Source of the DNA: Terriglobia bacterium
Lineage (GTDB): Bacteria > Acidobacteriota > Terriglobia > JAJPHL01 > JAPKYU01
Length of the DNA stretch: 64,000 nucleotides
Direction: 5' to 3'
Assembly (NCBI GenBank): GCA_965206645.1
Contig: CBDBKE010000001.1
Location: 256,001-320,000, forward strand
Shown piece after piece: positions 53,426 to 63,904 of this stretch. Position 1 is the first letter of the stretch. Every line of letters begins with the position of its first letter. Under the pieces are notes generated by a model that made no database searches, was not told the origin of the DNA, and saw only the letters and a list, made by a program, of their open reading frames with translations. Made by a program: the position numbers and the translations under genes.

Positions 53426-54373
53426 ATGCGCAGCCAAGTTCAGTTCATTATCGTCGGCGCGATCCTCGTCTTCCTGGGCATCGGCACGGACGGACAGCCT
53501 CGCGGGGGCGTTGTGGCGCACGCACAGGATTCCTGGCGTGGCCTGACCGTCGTGCCGGAACGGCGTTGCTCGCCCTACGACTCGGACGATTACCGATACC
53601 CGCAGTCGGTCGAGGATGGGATCATCAGGGAACTCGGCGGCGTCTACGGTCCGTACACCGGACGCTGGTTCGCGAGCAAATCCGAGACCGACATCGAGCA
53701 CATGGTGGCTCGGTCCGAGGCGCACGACAGCGGCCTGTGCGCCGCCGATGCGGCGACCCGCCGGCGGTTCGCGACCGATCCGCTGAACCTGACGCTGGCC
53801 GGACCACGAGTCAATCGTTACCAGAAGAGCGACCGTGACGCGGCGGACTGGCTGCCGGCGCAGAACCGGTGCTGGTTTGCGGCGCGGGTGATCGCAGTCC
53901 GGCAACGCTACGGGCTGACCATCGATCGGCGTGAGGCGAACGCTCTGGACGCGGCGCTGTCCGGCTGTGCGGGGACTGACGTGATTGTGTTCGGCCGTGG
54001 CGACACGCCTCCGGCAGCGACGCCGCTTGCTGCTGGTGGATCCGAAGTGGTCGCGGAGTGGGACGACAATCGCAACGGACGCATCAGTTGCGCGGAGGCC
54101 CGCGCGCACGGCATCGCCCCGGTGACGCGCAAGCACCCGGCGTATCCGTTCATGCGGGATGGCGACGGTGATGGCGTGGTCTGCGAGTCCGGGGGCAGAA
54201 GCTCGGTGGCGGCAAGCCCGTCGCAGGGACGTGGTGGCGCGGGGAGCGGTTGCGGGCCGTACCGTAACTGCACGGCGCTCAGGCGTGATCATCCCAAGGG
54301 GGTTCCGCGAGGGCACTGCGCGTACCAACGCCGCATGGACCGCGACAACGATGGGCGAGCCTGTGAACGCTAG
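53426..54373 (+). CDS. Secreted HNH (DUF1524-type) endonuclease with two Excalibur Ca-binding domains
   Basis: Signal peptide; DIEHMV..SEA.DSG, RRRFATDPLNL, N..KSDRD.ADWLP; CAEAR...DGDGDGVVCE and YRNC...DRDNDGRACE. Confidence 0.78.
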   Translation: MRSQVQFIIVGAILVFLGIGTDGQPRGGVVAHAQDSWRGLTVVPERRCSPYDSDDYRYPQSVEDGIIRELGGVYGPYTGRWFASKSETDIEHMVARSEAHDSGLCAADAATRRRFATDPLNLTLAGPRVNRYQKSDRDAADWLPAQNRCWFAARVIAVRQRYGLTIDRREANALDAALSGCAGTDVIVFGRGDTPPAATPLAAGGSEVVAEWDDNRNGRISCAEARAHGIAPVTRKHPAYPFMRDGDGDGVVCESGGRSSVAASPSQGRGGAGSGCGPYRNCTALRRDHPKGVPRGHCAYQRRMDRDNDGRACER

Positions 54374-54654
54374 CGGCCCAGGGAATCGAGTACCGAACTC
54401 CTGCCCGAAGGCGGGCCGGCCGGCCGGGGAATCGCCGCCGGTCTGTGCGTCTGACGACCTCCGACGACAGGTTCTGGTGCGGGTTGCTGGTGCTGAACGG
54501 CGGCGACTACTGAGCGAACCGCGGTGCGGCGGGGTCCGCGGACGGTTCGGATGGTCGTCTGGATTCCCGCGCGGAAAGTGGTAATCGATGGGGGAATCAT
54601 GGCCGGCATGATGACAGTAAGACGTTATTTATGAATGCCTTGCTGGACTCCGGC

Positions 54655-54875
54655 GATTCACGCTGCCAGGACGGAGCTTCGCCGCCAGACAGTCACCGTC
54701 TCGATTAAACAGCAACAGCGGGTGGTAACACATGGACTCGAAGTGCCCGTTGTAGGCGCTCTGCTCCTGCTCGCCATAGACCGGAATCTCGGTTGAGTCC
54801 ATATCCAGCACCGCTCGGTAGTGCCAATGGATTGCTTCTGCCTTGCCGATCAGTTCCCGGTTGAGCCGAGTGATC
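54655..54875 (-). pseudogene. Internal fragment of an IS1380-family transposase
   Basis: LDMDSTEIPVYGEQEQSAYNGHFES.CYHPLLLF..GDCLAAKLRPG, similar to the gene at 45088-46416. Confidence 0.85.
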
Positions 54876-55108
54876 TGCCGACCGATGGCCACGTCCTGGC
54901 TTTGTCGGGCTTAAAGGCAAAGAAGGAAATAGAGAGCGGTCACTACAGCTTCGCTGTGGACTCCGAAGCAGAGAGTGGTGGGTTAGGGAAAGTAGTTCCC
55001 CCGGCTCGACAAAGCGCGGCCTACCGAGGAGCCGGGCTATTGCAGATCAAAAACCATTACTGCAACAACGTGCTGCACAGCCCGTAGAGCATGACCGTGG
55101 CAGCAACG

Positions 55109-55254
55109 ACTGTCAAGAAACTGTCAGAAAACTCGCCCATCAAGAGGGCTAGGCGTAGGCGTTGCGAGCGAAAGCAGACGCCCTGAAGTTGTGTAAGAGC
55201 AACGAGAGGAAGGAGTTGGTGGAAAACCGTGGAAGACGCCAGCCTGCTCGACAA
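55109..55254 (+). other. Right att junction of the integrative element
   Basis: Arm repeats at 55109-55134; GCAACGAGAGGAAGG inverted relative to CCTTGCCTCTCGTTGC at ~19336-19351; core CCTGCTCGACAA. Confidence 0.8.
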
Positions 55255-56059
55255 TCAGATGATCTTCGCTGACCGCCACCTCCGCCGTGTAACCCAGCGT
55301 GAATCCCTTGCGGTCGCGCAAGAACCGGCTGTCGGGATCGGTTTCCGAACGCCGCTTCAGCCCGCTTTTGCGCAACCGCTCCAGGCATCGCGGGATTTCT
55401 TCCAGCCGCTTCTCCAGCGCTGCCATCTGCTTGCCGCTCAGTTGCTGGCCAGCCGCTTCCTCGCAGGACTGCGCGTCACATTGTTTCTGCCAGCGACGAA
55501 TCTGCCGCCGAATTTTGGCTCGCTCTGCCCGCAACTTGGCCACCGTCTCCACCCGGTCCCGCGAGGCGTTGGCCGCCACCCGCGTCGAGTCCATGGCCAC
55601 GTGTCCCAGCCGCCCCATTCCCAGCGACCGCGCCAACTCCACCACCTGTGTGAACAGATCGTTCAGGGCACGGGCGTGCCGCGTCCGAAACTGGTTCAGC
55701 GTCCAAAAGTCCGGCCCCGCTCCGGCCGCCAGATAACGGAACGCCAGGTCCTCCCGCACCCGCTGTTCCAGACGGCGGGCCGAGGTCACGCCCAGCGCGT
55801 AGGCATACAGCCACACCTTCAGCAACAGCGCCGGATGATAGGCCGGGCGGCCTTCTTCCACCTAGCCCTGCTCAAACGCACTCAGTTCCAGCCGCTCCAC
55901 AACTTGGTGCACAAAAAAACAGATGTGATCTTCTCCCTGCACCTCCCGCACGCTGGGCGGCAGCAGATACGCTTGCTCCGGGTTGTAGGTCAAGAATTTC
56001 ATCGCGCCTACTTAAGGCGCATTATACGTGACTCGCAAAAGCGGTTTTCACACAGACTC
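55244..56059 (-). mobile_element. IS1182 copy 2, 5' half (also carries a TAC>TAG nonsense change near 55862)
   Basis: Matches the reverse complement of 12600-~13415; 589 + 805 bp = 1394 bp. Confidence 0.93.
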
Positions 56060-56177
56060 TAGGGGCCCCCGGCGCCGAGGGCCTATAACCCTTTCCTACT
56101 ACCAAAACCGGTTTCACGGCCCCAGGTTGTGATGTAAACTCTCTCACAACGACTGGTACAAAAAATCGGTCCGGTCA
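56060..56177 (+). mobile_element. Right-end remnant of an IS3-family isoform
   Basis: GGCCCCCGGCGCCGAGGGCCTATA hairpin and IRR GGTACAAAAAATCGGTCCGGTCA. Confidence 0.8.
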
Positions 56178-56192
56178 GACTGGAGGATTTCC

Positions 56193-56795
56193 GTGTCCGC
56201 GGTTGTGATCACGCTGCTCGTGCTTGTTCTCGGGGCCGTCGTCCTCGTTGCGATGGTGACGGGCATCTACAACAAGCTCGTGACGTACCGGAACAGGTAC
56301 AAGAACGCGTTCGCCCAGATCGAGGTCCAGCTCAAGCGGCGTCACGACCTCATCCCCAACATGGTCGAAATCGCCAAGGGCTATATGAAACACGAGCGCG
56401 AGACGCTCGAAGCCGTGATCCAGGCGAGGAACCAGGCCTCCGGCGGCCTCGAGAAGGCGGCGCAGGATCCCGGGAACGCCGACGCGATCGCCGGACTGGC
56501 GGCGGCCGAGGGTGTGCTCAGCGGTACCGTGGGACGCCTGTTCGCGCTTGCGGAGAGCTACCCGGATCTCAAGGCCAACCAGAACATGATGCAGCTCAGC
56601 GAGGAGCTACGGTCGACCGAAAACAAGGTCGCGTTCGCGAGGCAGGCGTTCAACGACAGTGTGACGCAGTACAACACCTACAAGCAGACATTCCCGACCG
56701 TCGGGTTGGCCGGGATGTTCGGTCACGGGAACGACGCGGCGATGCTCGAATTCGACAGCGAGCAGATCGCAGAGCCGCCGACAGTGTCGTTCTAG
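56193..56795 (+). CDS. lemA: LemA family protein
   Basis: N-terminal TM; YNKLV, IEVQLKRRHDLIPN, ESYPDLKANQN, ENKVAFARQAFNDSV..YN. Confidence 0.93.
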   Translation: MSAVVITLLVLVLGAVVLVAMVTGIYNKLVTYRNRYKNAFAQIEVQLKRRHDLIPNMVEIAKGYMKHERETLEAVIQARNQASGGLEKAAQDPGNADAIAGLAAAEGVLSGTVGRLFALAESYPDLKANQNMMQLSEELRSTENKVAFARQAFNDSVTQYNTYKQTFPTVGLAGMFGHGNDAAMLEFDSEQIAEPPTVSF

Positions 56796-56800
56796 GGCGC

Positions 56801-58714
56801 ATGGCCACCGACTTCTTCGAGCGCCAGGACGTCGCCCGGCGCAATACGACCCGGCTGGTGATCCTGTTCGCGTTCGCCGTGCTGGCGCTGATCGTGTCGA
56901 TCGATCTCCTCCTCGCGGCCACGATGGGCTACCTCGGCCGGAATCCCGAGACCGGGGCTGTCGACTGGGCGCTGGCCGCCGATCCGCGGGTGCTCAGCCT
57001 GGCGGTCTTCGGCACGCTCATCGTGGCGGGAGGGGGCAGTCTCTTCAAGATCGCGCAGCTGAGGGGCGGTGGCCAGGTGGTCGCGGAGCAGCTCGGCGGC
57101 CGCCTCATCAATCCGGACAGCGCGGTCCCGTCCGAACAACAGCTCCTGAACGTCGTCCAGGAGATGGCGATCGCGTCGGGTGCGCCGACCCCGCCGGTCT
57201 ATCTGCTGGACAACGAAGCGGGGATCAACGCCTTCGCCGCCGGGTTCACGCCCAGCGACGCGGTGATTGGCGTCACGCGCGGGGCGGCCGACGCGTTCAC
57301 GCGCGACGAACTCCAAGGGGTGATCGCCCACGAGTTCAGCCACATTCTGAATGGCGACATGCGGCTCAATATCCGTTTGATCGGCCTTCTCCACGGCATC
57401 CTGATCATCGGCATCCTTGGCTACTTTGTCCTGCGCATGGCCGCGTTCTCCGGCGTTGGGCGGAGCCGTTCCCGTCAGGAGAGTTCTCCGCTTCCCATGC
57501 TGGCGCTCGGTGCCGGCCTCATGACCGTCGGCCTCTTCGGCACGCTGTTCGGTAATCTGATCAAGGCGGCGGTCAGTCGCCAGCGCGAGTTCCTCGCCGA
57601 CGCGTCGGCGGTACAGTTCACGCGACACCCAGCGGGAATCGCGAATGCGCTGAAGCGGATCGGCGGTGCGACGACCGGCTCGGGCATCCAGAGCCCGAAC
57701 GCGCCGGAGGCGAGCCACCTGTTCTTCGGCCGCGCTACGAGCGGCTTCAGCGGACTTTTTTCGACGCATCCGCCACTGGACGAGCGGATTCGCCGGATCG
57801 AGCCATCCTGGGACGGCGCGTTGCCTGAGGGGAAGGCAGTCGCGAGCACACAGCCGGCTGCAGCTGGCGCCTCCGCGTTTGCCGGCAGTGCCGCATCCTC
57901 AGGGCCCCCAACCGTCGACCAAGTGGGGCAGCCGGCAGGCGAGGCGCATCTCCAGTACGCCGCGCGGCTCGTCAAGAGCCTGCCGGCGCAGCTCGTCAGC
58001 GCCGCTCACGAACCGTACGGTGCGCGCGCCCTCGTCTACGCGCTGTTGCTCGACCATGAGGCCGCGCCTCGACAGCGCCAGCTCGCTCACCTGAAGGAGG
58101 CGGCCGACCCAGGGGTGTACGAGGAAACACGCCGGCTGATGCCGCTCGTCGAGCAACTCGACATGCGGGCGCGCCTGCCGCTGCTCGATATCTCGCTGCC
58201 GGCGCTGCGCAGCCTGGTGCCGGCGCAGTACGACCTCTTCAAGCAGAACGTTGCCGCGCTCGTGCAGGCCGACAACGAAATCGACCTCTTCGAGTGGTCG
58301 CTGCACCGGATTCTGCTGCACGAACTCGAGGCGCACTTCGTGAAGCGGAGTCCGCCGCGCGTCCGCTACCGCACGCGGGCCTCGGTTCGGGCGCACAGCG
58401 AGCTATTGCTCTCGATGCTCGCCTACGCCGGGCACCGCGACCTGGAGTCGGCCCGACACGGGTTCGAGCATGCGAAGCGCATTCTGGAACGGCCGGACGC
58501 GCGCCTTCGTCCAGTGGACGACCTGAAGTTCACAGCGCTCGACGCCGCGCTCGGTGCGCTTGAGGAGGCGGCGCCCAAGGTGAAACGCCAGCTGCTGCGG
58601 GCGGCCGTCGCCTGCATCGCCGCCGACCGCACGGTAACCGCCACGGAGGCGGAGTTGCTCAGAGCGATGTCGGCGTCGCTCGGCTGCCCGATGCCGCCAC
58701 TGCTCATGGACTGA
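56801..58714 (+). CDS. M48-family (HtpX-like) membrane zinc metallopeptidase
   Basis: INAFAAG, ELQGVIAHEFSH (HExxH), SRQREFLADA, STHPPLDERI; follows lemA. Confidence 0.92.
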   Translation: MATDFFERQDVARRNTTRLVILFAFAVLALIVSIDLLLAATMGYLGRNPETGAVDWALAADPRVLSLAVFGTLIVAGGGSLFKIAQLRGGGQVVAEQLGGRLINPDSAVPSEQQLLNVVQEMAIASGAPTPPVYLLDNEAGINAFAAGFTPSDAVIGVTRGAADAFTRDELQGVIAHEFSHILNGDMRLNIRLIGLLHGILIIGILGYFVLRMAAFSGVGRSRSRQESSPLPMLALGAGLMTVGLFGTLFGNLIKAAVSRQREFLADASAVQFTRHPAGIANALKRIGGATTGSGIQSPNAPEASHLFFGRATSGFSGLFSTHPPLDERIRRIEPSWDGALPEGKAVASTQPAAAGASAFAGSAASSGPPTVDQVGQPAGEAHLQYAARLVKSLPAQLVSAAHEPYGARALVYALLLDHEAAPRQRQLAHLKEAADPGVYEETRRLMPLVEQLDMRARLPLLDISLPALRSLVPAQYDLFKQNVAALVQADNEIDLFEWSLHRILLHELEAHFVKRSPPRVRYRTRASVRAHSELLLSMLAYAGHRDLESARHGFEHAKRILERPDARLRPVDDLKFTALDAALGALEEAAPKVKRQLLRAAVACIAADRTVTATEAELLRAMSASLGCPMPPLLMD

Positions 58715-58909
58715 GCACCGTCACTCCGTCCTCGTCGTTGGGACGAGGCCAACTACTCGATCGACGGGCTGCTGACGCCGCGAATCAGTCAGGAGCGCCG
58801 GCTATTTTCGTGGCGCGCGACGTTCGGCGTGCTCGCTCCGCATATCGCCCCGATCTGGAGCCTGCGCGTCGCGCACTACCAGATCTCCCTGCCGACCGGC
58901 CCGCCGGTG

Positions 58910-59713
58910 GGTACTGTCAAGTTCAGTGGGAGCGTGGCAGACTTGGCCGATGAAACGCGACACGCTGAGCTACCATGGATATCGATTCCCACCCGACATT
59001 ATCAGCCACGCCGTCTGGCTGTATCACCGCTTCGGTGTGAGCTTTCGCGATGTCGAAGATCTCCTGGCCCAACGCGGCATTACGGTGTCCTACGAAGCGA
59101 TCCGGCTGTGGTGCCTCACGATCGGTTCAGTATACGCTCGCCGGCTCAAGCGTCGACAGGGCCGGCTGGGCGACATCTGGCACCTGGACGAGGTCTTCGT
59201 CACCATCCAGGGACAGCGGCGCTATCTCTGGCGTGCCGTCGATCAAGATGGTGACGTCATCGATATCCTCGTCCAGTCGCGTCGCGACTGTCGGGCGGCT
59301 ACACGCTTTTTCCGCAAGCTATTGAAGGGCCAGGAGCGTACGCCTGGGCGGTTGGTCACCGACAAGCTGAGCAGCTACAGGGCTGCGCACCGAGCGGTCA
59401 TGCCGTCCGTCGCCCATCGCACGGACCGATACGAGAACAATCGCGCCGAAGTCTCCCACCAGCCCACACGGCAACGCGAGCGACAAATGCGCCGGTTCAA
59501 ATCTCCCGGGCAGGCACAACGATTCTTGTCCGTGCATGGACTCGTCCGCAACCTCTTCCGCGTTGGCCGTCACCTGGTGCGAGCGGTGCATCATCGGGAG
59601 CTACGAGGACGCTCTTTTCTCATTTGGGATGCAGTCACGATCGCCGCCTGACTCGAACTGAGATCACGATCCCGAGTACCGGCTCGCTCGACGAACGCTA
59701 ACTTGACAGTACC
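58910..59713 (+). mobile_element. IS6-family element (804 bp), transposase 58950-59651
   Basis: 14-bp perfect IRs GGTACTGTCAAGTT; YRFP..II, WHLDEVF, YLWRAVDQDG, VTDKL.SY, NNRAE.SH. Confidence 0.95.
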
Positions 59714-59893
59714 CACCAGGTCGCGCACAAATCGACTGGCCCGGTTCCTTCGGGCTCCCTCGAAATAGAAGCAGAATTGAGCCCTCGTGAACACGCCGCT
59801 ATGCAGACAGACCAGGGCGATCCACTCCGCTTCGCACCCCGTCCAGCCGAAAGGCTCTAACGACTTTTCTCGATCATGAAGATGCGCGATCAT
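59714..59893 (-). pseudogene. N-terminal fragment of a hypothetical protein truncated by IS6
   Basis: GGGGAG SD then MIAHLHDREKSLEPFGWTGCEAEWIALVCLHSGVFTRAQF, running into the IS6 IR. Confidence 0.5.
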
Positions 59894-60001
59894 AACTCCC
59901 CGCCGGTCACGGCCAGAGCCAATCCTTAGACGTGTACCGCGAAGCGGACGGAGGTAGCCGAGCACGATGACATCTCGGGCACGGCTGTGATTTATAGAAA
60001 C

Positions 60002-60023
60002 AGTATATTTCTTATACTATAAT
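60002..60023 (+). promoter_or_regulatory. brnTA -10 box and palindromic operator (probably a leaderless transcript)
   Basis: AGTATA-tttct-TATACT palindrome overlapping TATAAT (60018-60023), 5 nt before the ATG; no SD. Confidence 0.6.
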
Positions 60024-60028
60024 AACTC

Positions 60029-60292
60029 ATGCCATTTGAGTATGATCCCGCTAAAAGCGTCACAAACAAGGCCAAGCATGGCATCGACTTCGACGAAGCC
60101 CAGGTGCTTTGGAAAGATGCTCGGATACTGCAAGCACCGGCAAACACCGATGACGAGCCGCGCCTTCTGGTGATCGGAAAGATTGGCGAAAACCACTGGG
60201 CCGCCGTCTGCGCTCGTCGTGGGGATAATGTGCGGATCATCTCGGTGCGGCGCGCCCGGAAACAGGAGATCGACCACTATGAAAGCAAGTGA
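60029..60292 (+). CDS. brnT: BrnT-family toxin
   Basis: FEYDPAKS..N..KHGIDFDEA, E.R...IG, RIISVRRA. Confidence 0.92.
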   Translation: MPFEYDPAKSVTNKAKHGIDFDEAQVLWKDARILQAPANTDDEPRLLVIGKIGENHWAAVCARRGDNVRIISVRRARKQEIDHYESK

Positions 60293-60494
60293 GTTCGACA
60301 AGAAATTTAATGCAGGAGAGGATGTTAGCGGCCATGTCGACTGGTCGAAAGCAAAGCGCCCGAACGAGCAGGTGAAGCGGGTGAATGTGGACTTCCCGGC
60401 ATGGGTTGTGGCCGGGCTGGACAGTCAGGCGCGGCATCTTGGCGTGACCCGCCAGGCGCTCATCAAGTTGTGGATCGCTGAACGGCTACAGTGA
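60279..60494 (+). CDS. brnA: BrnA / CopG-type antitoxin
   Basis: MKASEFDKKF..GED, KRVNVDFPAW....LD..A..LGVTRQALIK.W; overlaps the toxin stop. Confidence 0.9.
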   Translation: MKASEFDKKFNAGEDVSGHVDWSKAKRPNEQVKRVNVDFPAWVVAGLDSQARHLGVTRQALIKLWIAERLQ

Positions 60495-60674
60495 AGCGGC
60501 AACCGAACCTGAAGGCGAACTCGGGCCCGGCGTCCTGATGCCGTTGACGTCGTCGGGGAACAGGGGGACCTGATTCGGCGTGGAGTGCTCCCACATTCCA
60601 CAGAGCCCGACCAAAAGAACGCGGTTGTCGGGATGGTGACAAATCGAGATCGCCCCGATTCAGCCCACGAAATG

Positions 60675-61924
60675 TGACCAGACCGATTTTTTGTACCAAC
60701 CGTAGTGAGAGTTTACATCGCAGCCTGGGGCTGTGAAACTGGTTTCAGTGGCAGGGGAGGGCTATAGGCCCCCGGCGCCGGGGGCCTATAGGCGAGCGCC
60801 GAGTGCGGCCGCACCGTGTTGTATTGCACCCTCCACTGTTCAATCACCACCTGTGCCTCCTTCAACGAGTAGAAGATCTCTCCATTCAGGCATTCGTCCC
60901 GCAGCTTCCCATTGAAACTCTCGCAGTACCCGTTCTCCCAGGGACTGCCCGGTTCGATGTACAGTGTCCCGGTCCCTAGATTTGCCAACCACTGGCGCAG
61001 TTGTTTGGCGATGAACTCGGGACCATTGTCGGATCGAATCTGTTCCGGTATCCCTCGCCACAACATCACGTCCGACAACGCCTCAATGATTTGTTGGCTG
61101 CCCATCCTCCGCTCCACCCGGATCGCCAGGCATTCCCGCGTGTACTCATCCAGCAAGGTCAGCAGCCGCAGCGTTCTCTCCTCGTGCGTTCTGGCACTCA
61201 TGAAGTCGTAGCTCCACACGTGGTTCGGTCGCTCCGGCCTCAGTCGTACACAGGAACCGTCGTTCAGCCACAGCCGTCCTTGCGGCCTTTGTTTTTGCGG
61301 CACTTTTAGCCCTTCCCGCCGCCAAATCCGCTGCACCCGGTCCTTGCCCACTTCCCAGCCCGCACTCCGCAGCAACGCTGTGATCCTCCGGTAGCCATAT
61401 CGCCCGTACTTCGCTCCCAGGGCAATGATCGCTCGGGTCAGAGCATCCTCGTCCACCCGATGAATCGGCTCGTATCGTTGTGTCCCTCGCCATTGCCCCA
61501 GCAGCCGGCAGGCATGCCGTTCCGACAACCCGTGTTGCTCCCACGCACGCTCCACCGCACAACGCCGCCGCTCAGGGCTCAGAAGTTTCCCTGTGCCACA
61601 TCCCGCAGTACCTGCTTCTCCAGAGAAAGCTCCGCTACCAACCGCTTCAGCCGCGTGTTTTCCTTCCCCAACTCCTTTAGCCGTTTTGCCTGCACCACCT
61701 TCAGCCCGCCGTATTCCTTCCGCCACCGGTAGTAGGTTTGGGTGTGGATTCCAGCTTCTTTGCAGGCTTGGGGCGCAGTCTTCCCGTTCCCCATCTGCAC
61801 TTCTATCTGCCGTAGCACCGCTACAATCCGCTCCGGCTTGTAACTCCTTGTCGGCATGACCTCACTTCCTCCTCAAGTGGATTCTCTCTCTTTCCACTTG
61901 GTACAAAAAGTGCCGGTCAGGTCA
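60675..61924 (-). mobile_element. IS3-family element copy 4, intact (1250 bp)
   Basis: Same IRs and orfA/orfB as copy 3; no flanking duplication. Confidence 0.95.
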
Positions 61925-62100
61925 CCAACATATCCGTTGCTGAATCCATCAGGCGACTGCTACGCGGCGGTCTGTCGTCGGCAATGCGGTAAACGAGTTT
62001 GCTCACGGCTCGCAGTCCTGGTAGTCCGAGACCATGCAGGCTCGCGCCAGTTCGGTCGCGCGGTTAATCTCGGCCATCTTGAATCCTGCTGCATCTTCGA

Positions 62101-63162
62101 GGCGTTGTTGCGTAATTTGCGCTCGCGGCGAACCGGGCCGAGAAGCTCATCCGCCTCAGTACACGCGCTCCGATCGTGGCATTCCAAGCTCCGCCATCCG
62201 GTTCAGCACAGCGCACTTGATCGCGGCTTCGACTTTTTGGTTCTTGACCGTGCGGGCCGAGAGGCTTACCCCGAGTATCGCCTTGTACCGTGAGACCGCA
62301 TTCTCCGCCACGCTCTGGCGAGTGCAGCCACTCGACTTCCGCCACTCATAACGGCCCTGCGTCCTAATACGCCGGAGATGGGTATCACGCATCGCACGCC
62401 ACGGAGGCGGATGAGAGTCTCGGCTGCATCGTGCATTGCGTCGCGGCAAGATCGTCACGATAGCGTCGTGCTGGAGCACGGCCTCGTAGCAGGAACCCGT
62501 GTCGTAGGCCCGGTCTGCGGAGACTTGCCCGATCGAACCAGGAGCCTTAGACAGCAACGAAGAGAGCCTTCGGGCGTCGTGGACGTTGCTCGCAGTCAGG
62601 TCCATCGCAACGATCTCTTTCGTCGTCTCATCGATGCCTAGGTGGAGCTTTCGCCATGTCCTACGGCGGAGGGTTCGGTGTTTTCTGATGTGCCACTCAC
62701 CGGCTCCGTAGATCTTCAGGCCCGTCGAATCGATGACGACATGTCGTGGTCGATCCGTGGGCCCTACACTCAGTCGGACGTCGACGGCGCTTTGCCTTCG
62801 GCTCACCGTGCTGTAGTTGGGCACTGGGAGGTCGAGAGCCATGAGCGCCACGATGGATTGAAGGAACCCTTGAGTGGTCCGTAGGTTGAGGTGAAACACC
62901 GAATTCAGGACCAGCGCACATTGGATCGCCGCATCTGCGTAGACCTTGGGCCGGCCTCGCCCTTCGAAGGGTCCTGGATGACGCCAGGCAGCGACTGCCT
63001 CCGTGTCGAACCACAGTGTCAGCTGCCCACGTTTCACCAGAGCCCGGTTGTACTCCGGCCAGTTGCGAACCTTATATCGGAAGGTGTAGTCGCTTTTGCC
63101 CATCCCCTAGCCTATCAGGAGGGAGAGCGTTGGGGATGGAGTCAGATTTCTGCAACAACGCC
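62101..63162 (-). mobile_element. IS5-family (IS903 group) type B copy 3, intact (1062 bp)
   Basis: Same IRs; transposase 62156-63103. Confidence 0.95.
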
Positions 63163-63264
63163 CCTGGGCGCGCTTTTTGAGCGTCGAAGGGCTATTTGGC
63201 AGTTCGGGCCGCCAAAGGTGAGAGGCGGACCCACTGGACAGGGGAACTGACCTTGCCGCTCCGC

Positions 63265-63293
63265 GTGACATTATGTAGTCATTTGGCTACAAT
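63265..63293 (+). promoter_or_regulatory. TA promoter with operator (probably leaderless)
   Basis: GTGACA-17 nt-TACAAT; imperfect palindrome TGTAGTC-att-GGCTACA region; ATG 6 nt downstream. Confidence 0.6.
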
Positions 63294-63299
63294 GACAAC

Positions 63300-63629
63300 A
63301 TGGTCAGGGTAGTTCACTACGTAGCAAAAGACGGCACGGACTACTTTGACGAGTGGCTTCAGAACCAGGACACCGAGATTCGAGCTCGCGTCCAGACGCG
63401 CATCGACCGGGTCGAACTGGGAAACTTCGGCGACCACAAAGGGGTGGGCAAGGGTGTTTCCGAGCTTCGAATCGACTTCGGCCCCGGATACCGTGTGTAC
63501 TATGGTCTCGACAGCGAGAAACTCGTGATCCTCCTGGTCGGAGGAACGAAGAAACGGCAGGCCCGCGACATCGAAATGGCCCAGGCCTGTTGGAAGGCGT
63601 ATCAACAGGAGAAACAAAAATGCCCGTGA
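63300..63629 (+). CDS. RelE/ParE-family addiction module toxin (HI1419-like)
   Basis: F.EWL, RIDRVELGNFGD.K.VG.GVSELRIDFGPGYRVYY, LL.GG.K..Q..DI. Confidence 0.92.
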   Translation: MVRVVHYVAKDGTDYFDEWLQNQDTEIRARVQTRIDRVELGNFGDHKGVGKGVSELRIDFGPGYRVYYGLDSEKLVILLVGGTKKRQARDIEMAQACWKAYQQEKQKCP

Positions 63630-63904
63630 AACAGCACCGAGCTAGCGACTACCTCAAAACACCCCAAGACATCGCTGCGTACCTGAACGCCGCGATCGAG
63701 GAGTTCGACGGTGACCCTCGATTGTTGATGAAAGCTTTTCGTAACGTGGCGGCGGCACAGGGCGGCGTATCTGAAATCGCACGTCGAGCCGCCGTCGACC
63801 GTGTGGGCCTCTCCCGCGGCTTGTCGGGAAACAGAGATCCTCGGCTCGGTACGGTTGCCAAGATCGCCTCTGCCTGCGGCGTGAGGCTTCAGTTTGTGGC
63901 GTAG
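63620..63904 (+). CDS. Addiction module antidote protein (HI1420-like HTH)
   Basis: DYLKT..DIAAYLNAA, VA.AQGG.SEIAR, LS...DPRL.T. Confidence 0.88.
   Translation: MPVKQHRASDYLKTPQDIAAYLNAAIEEFDGDPRLLMKAFRNVAAAQGGVSEIARRAAVDRVGLSRGLSGNRDPRLGTVAKIASACGVRLQFVA

Larger units (their letters stand above)
19257..55254. mobile_element. ~36 kb integrative element (ICE/IME-like) inserted within IS1182 copy 2
   Basis: 11-bp direct repeat CTGCTCGACAA at 19257-19267 and 55244-55254; IS1182 halves outside both repeats; integrase and excisionase at the left end; matching arm-type repeats at both ends. Confidence 0.88.
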
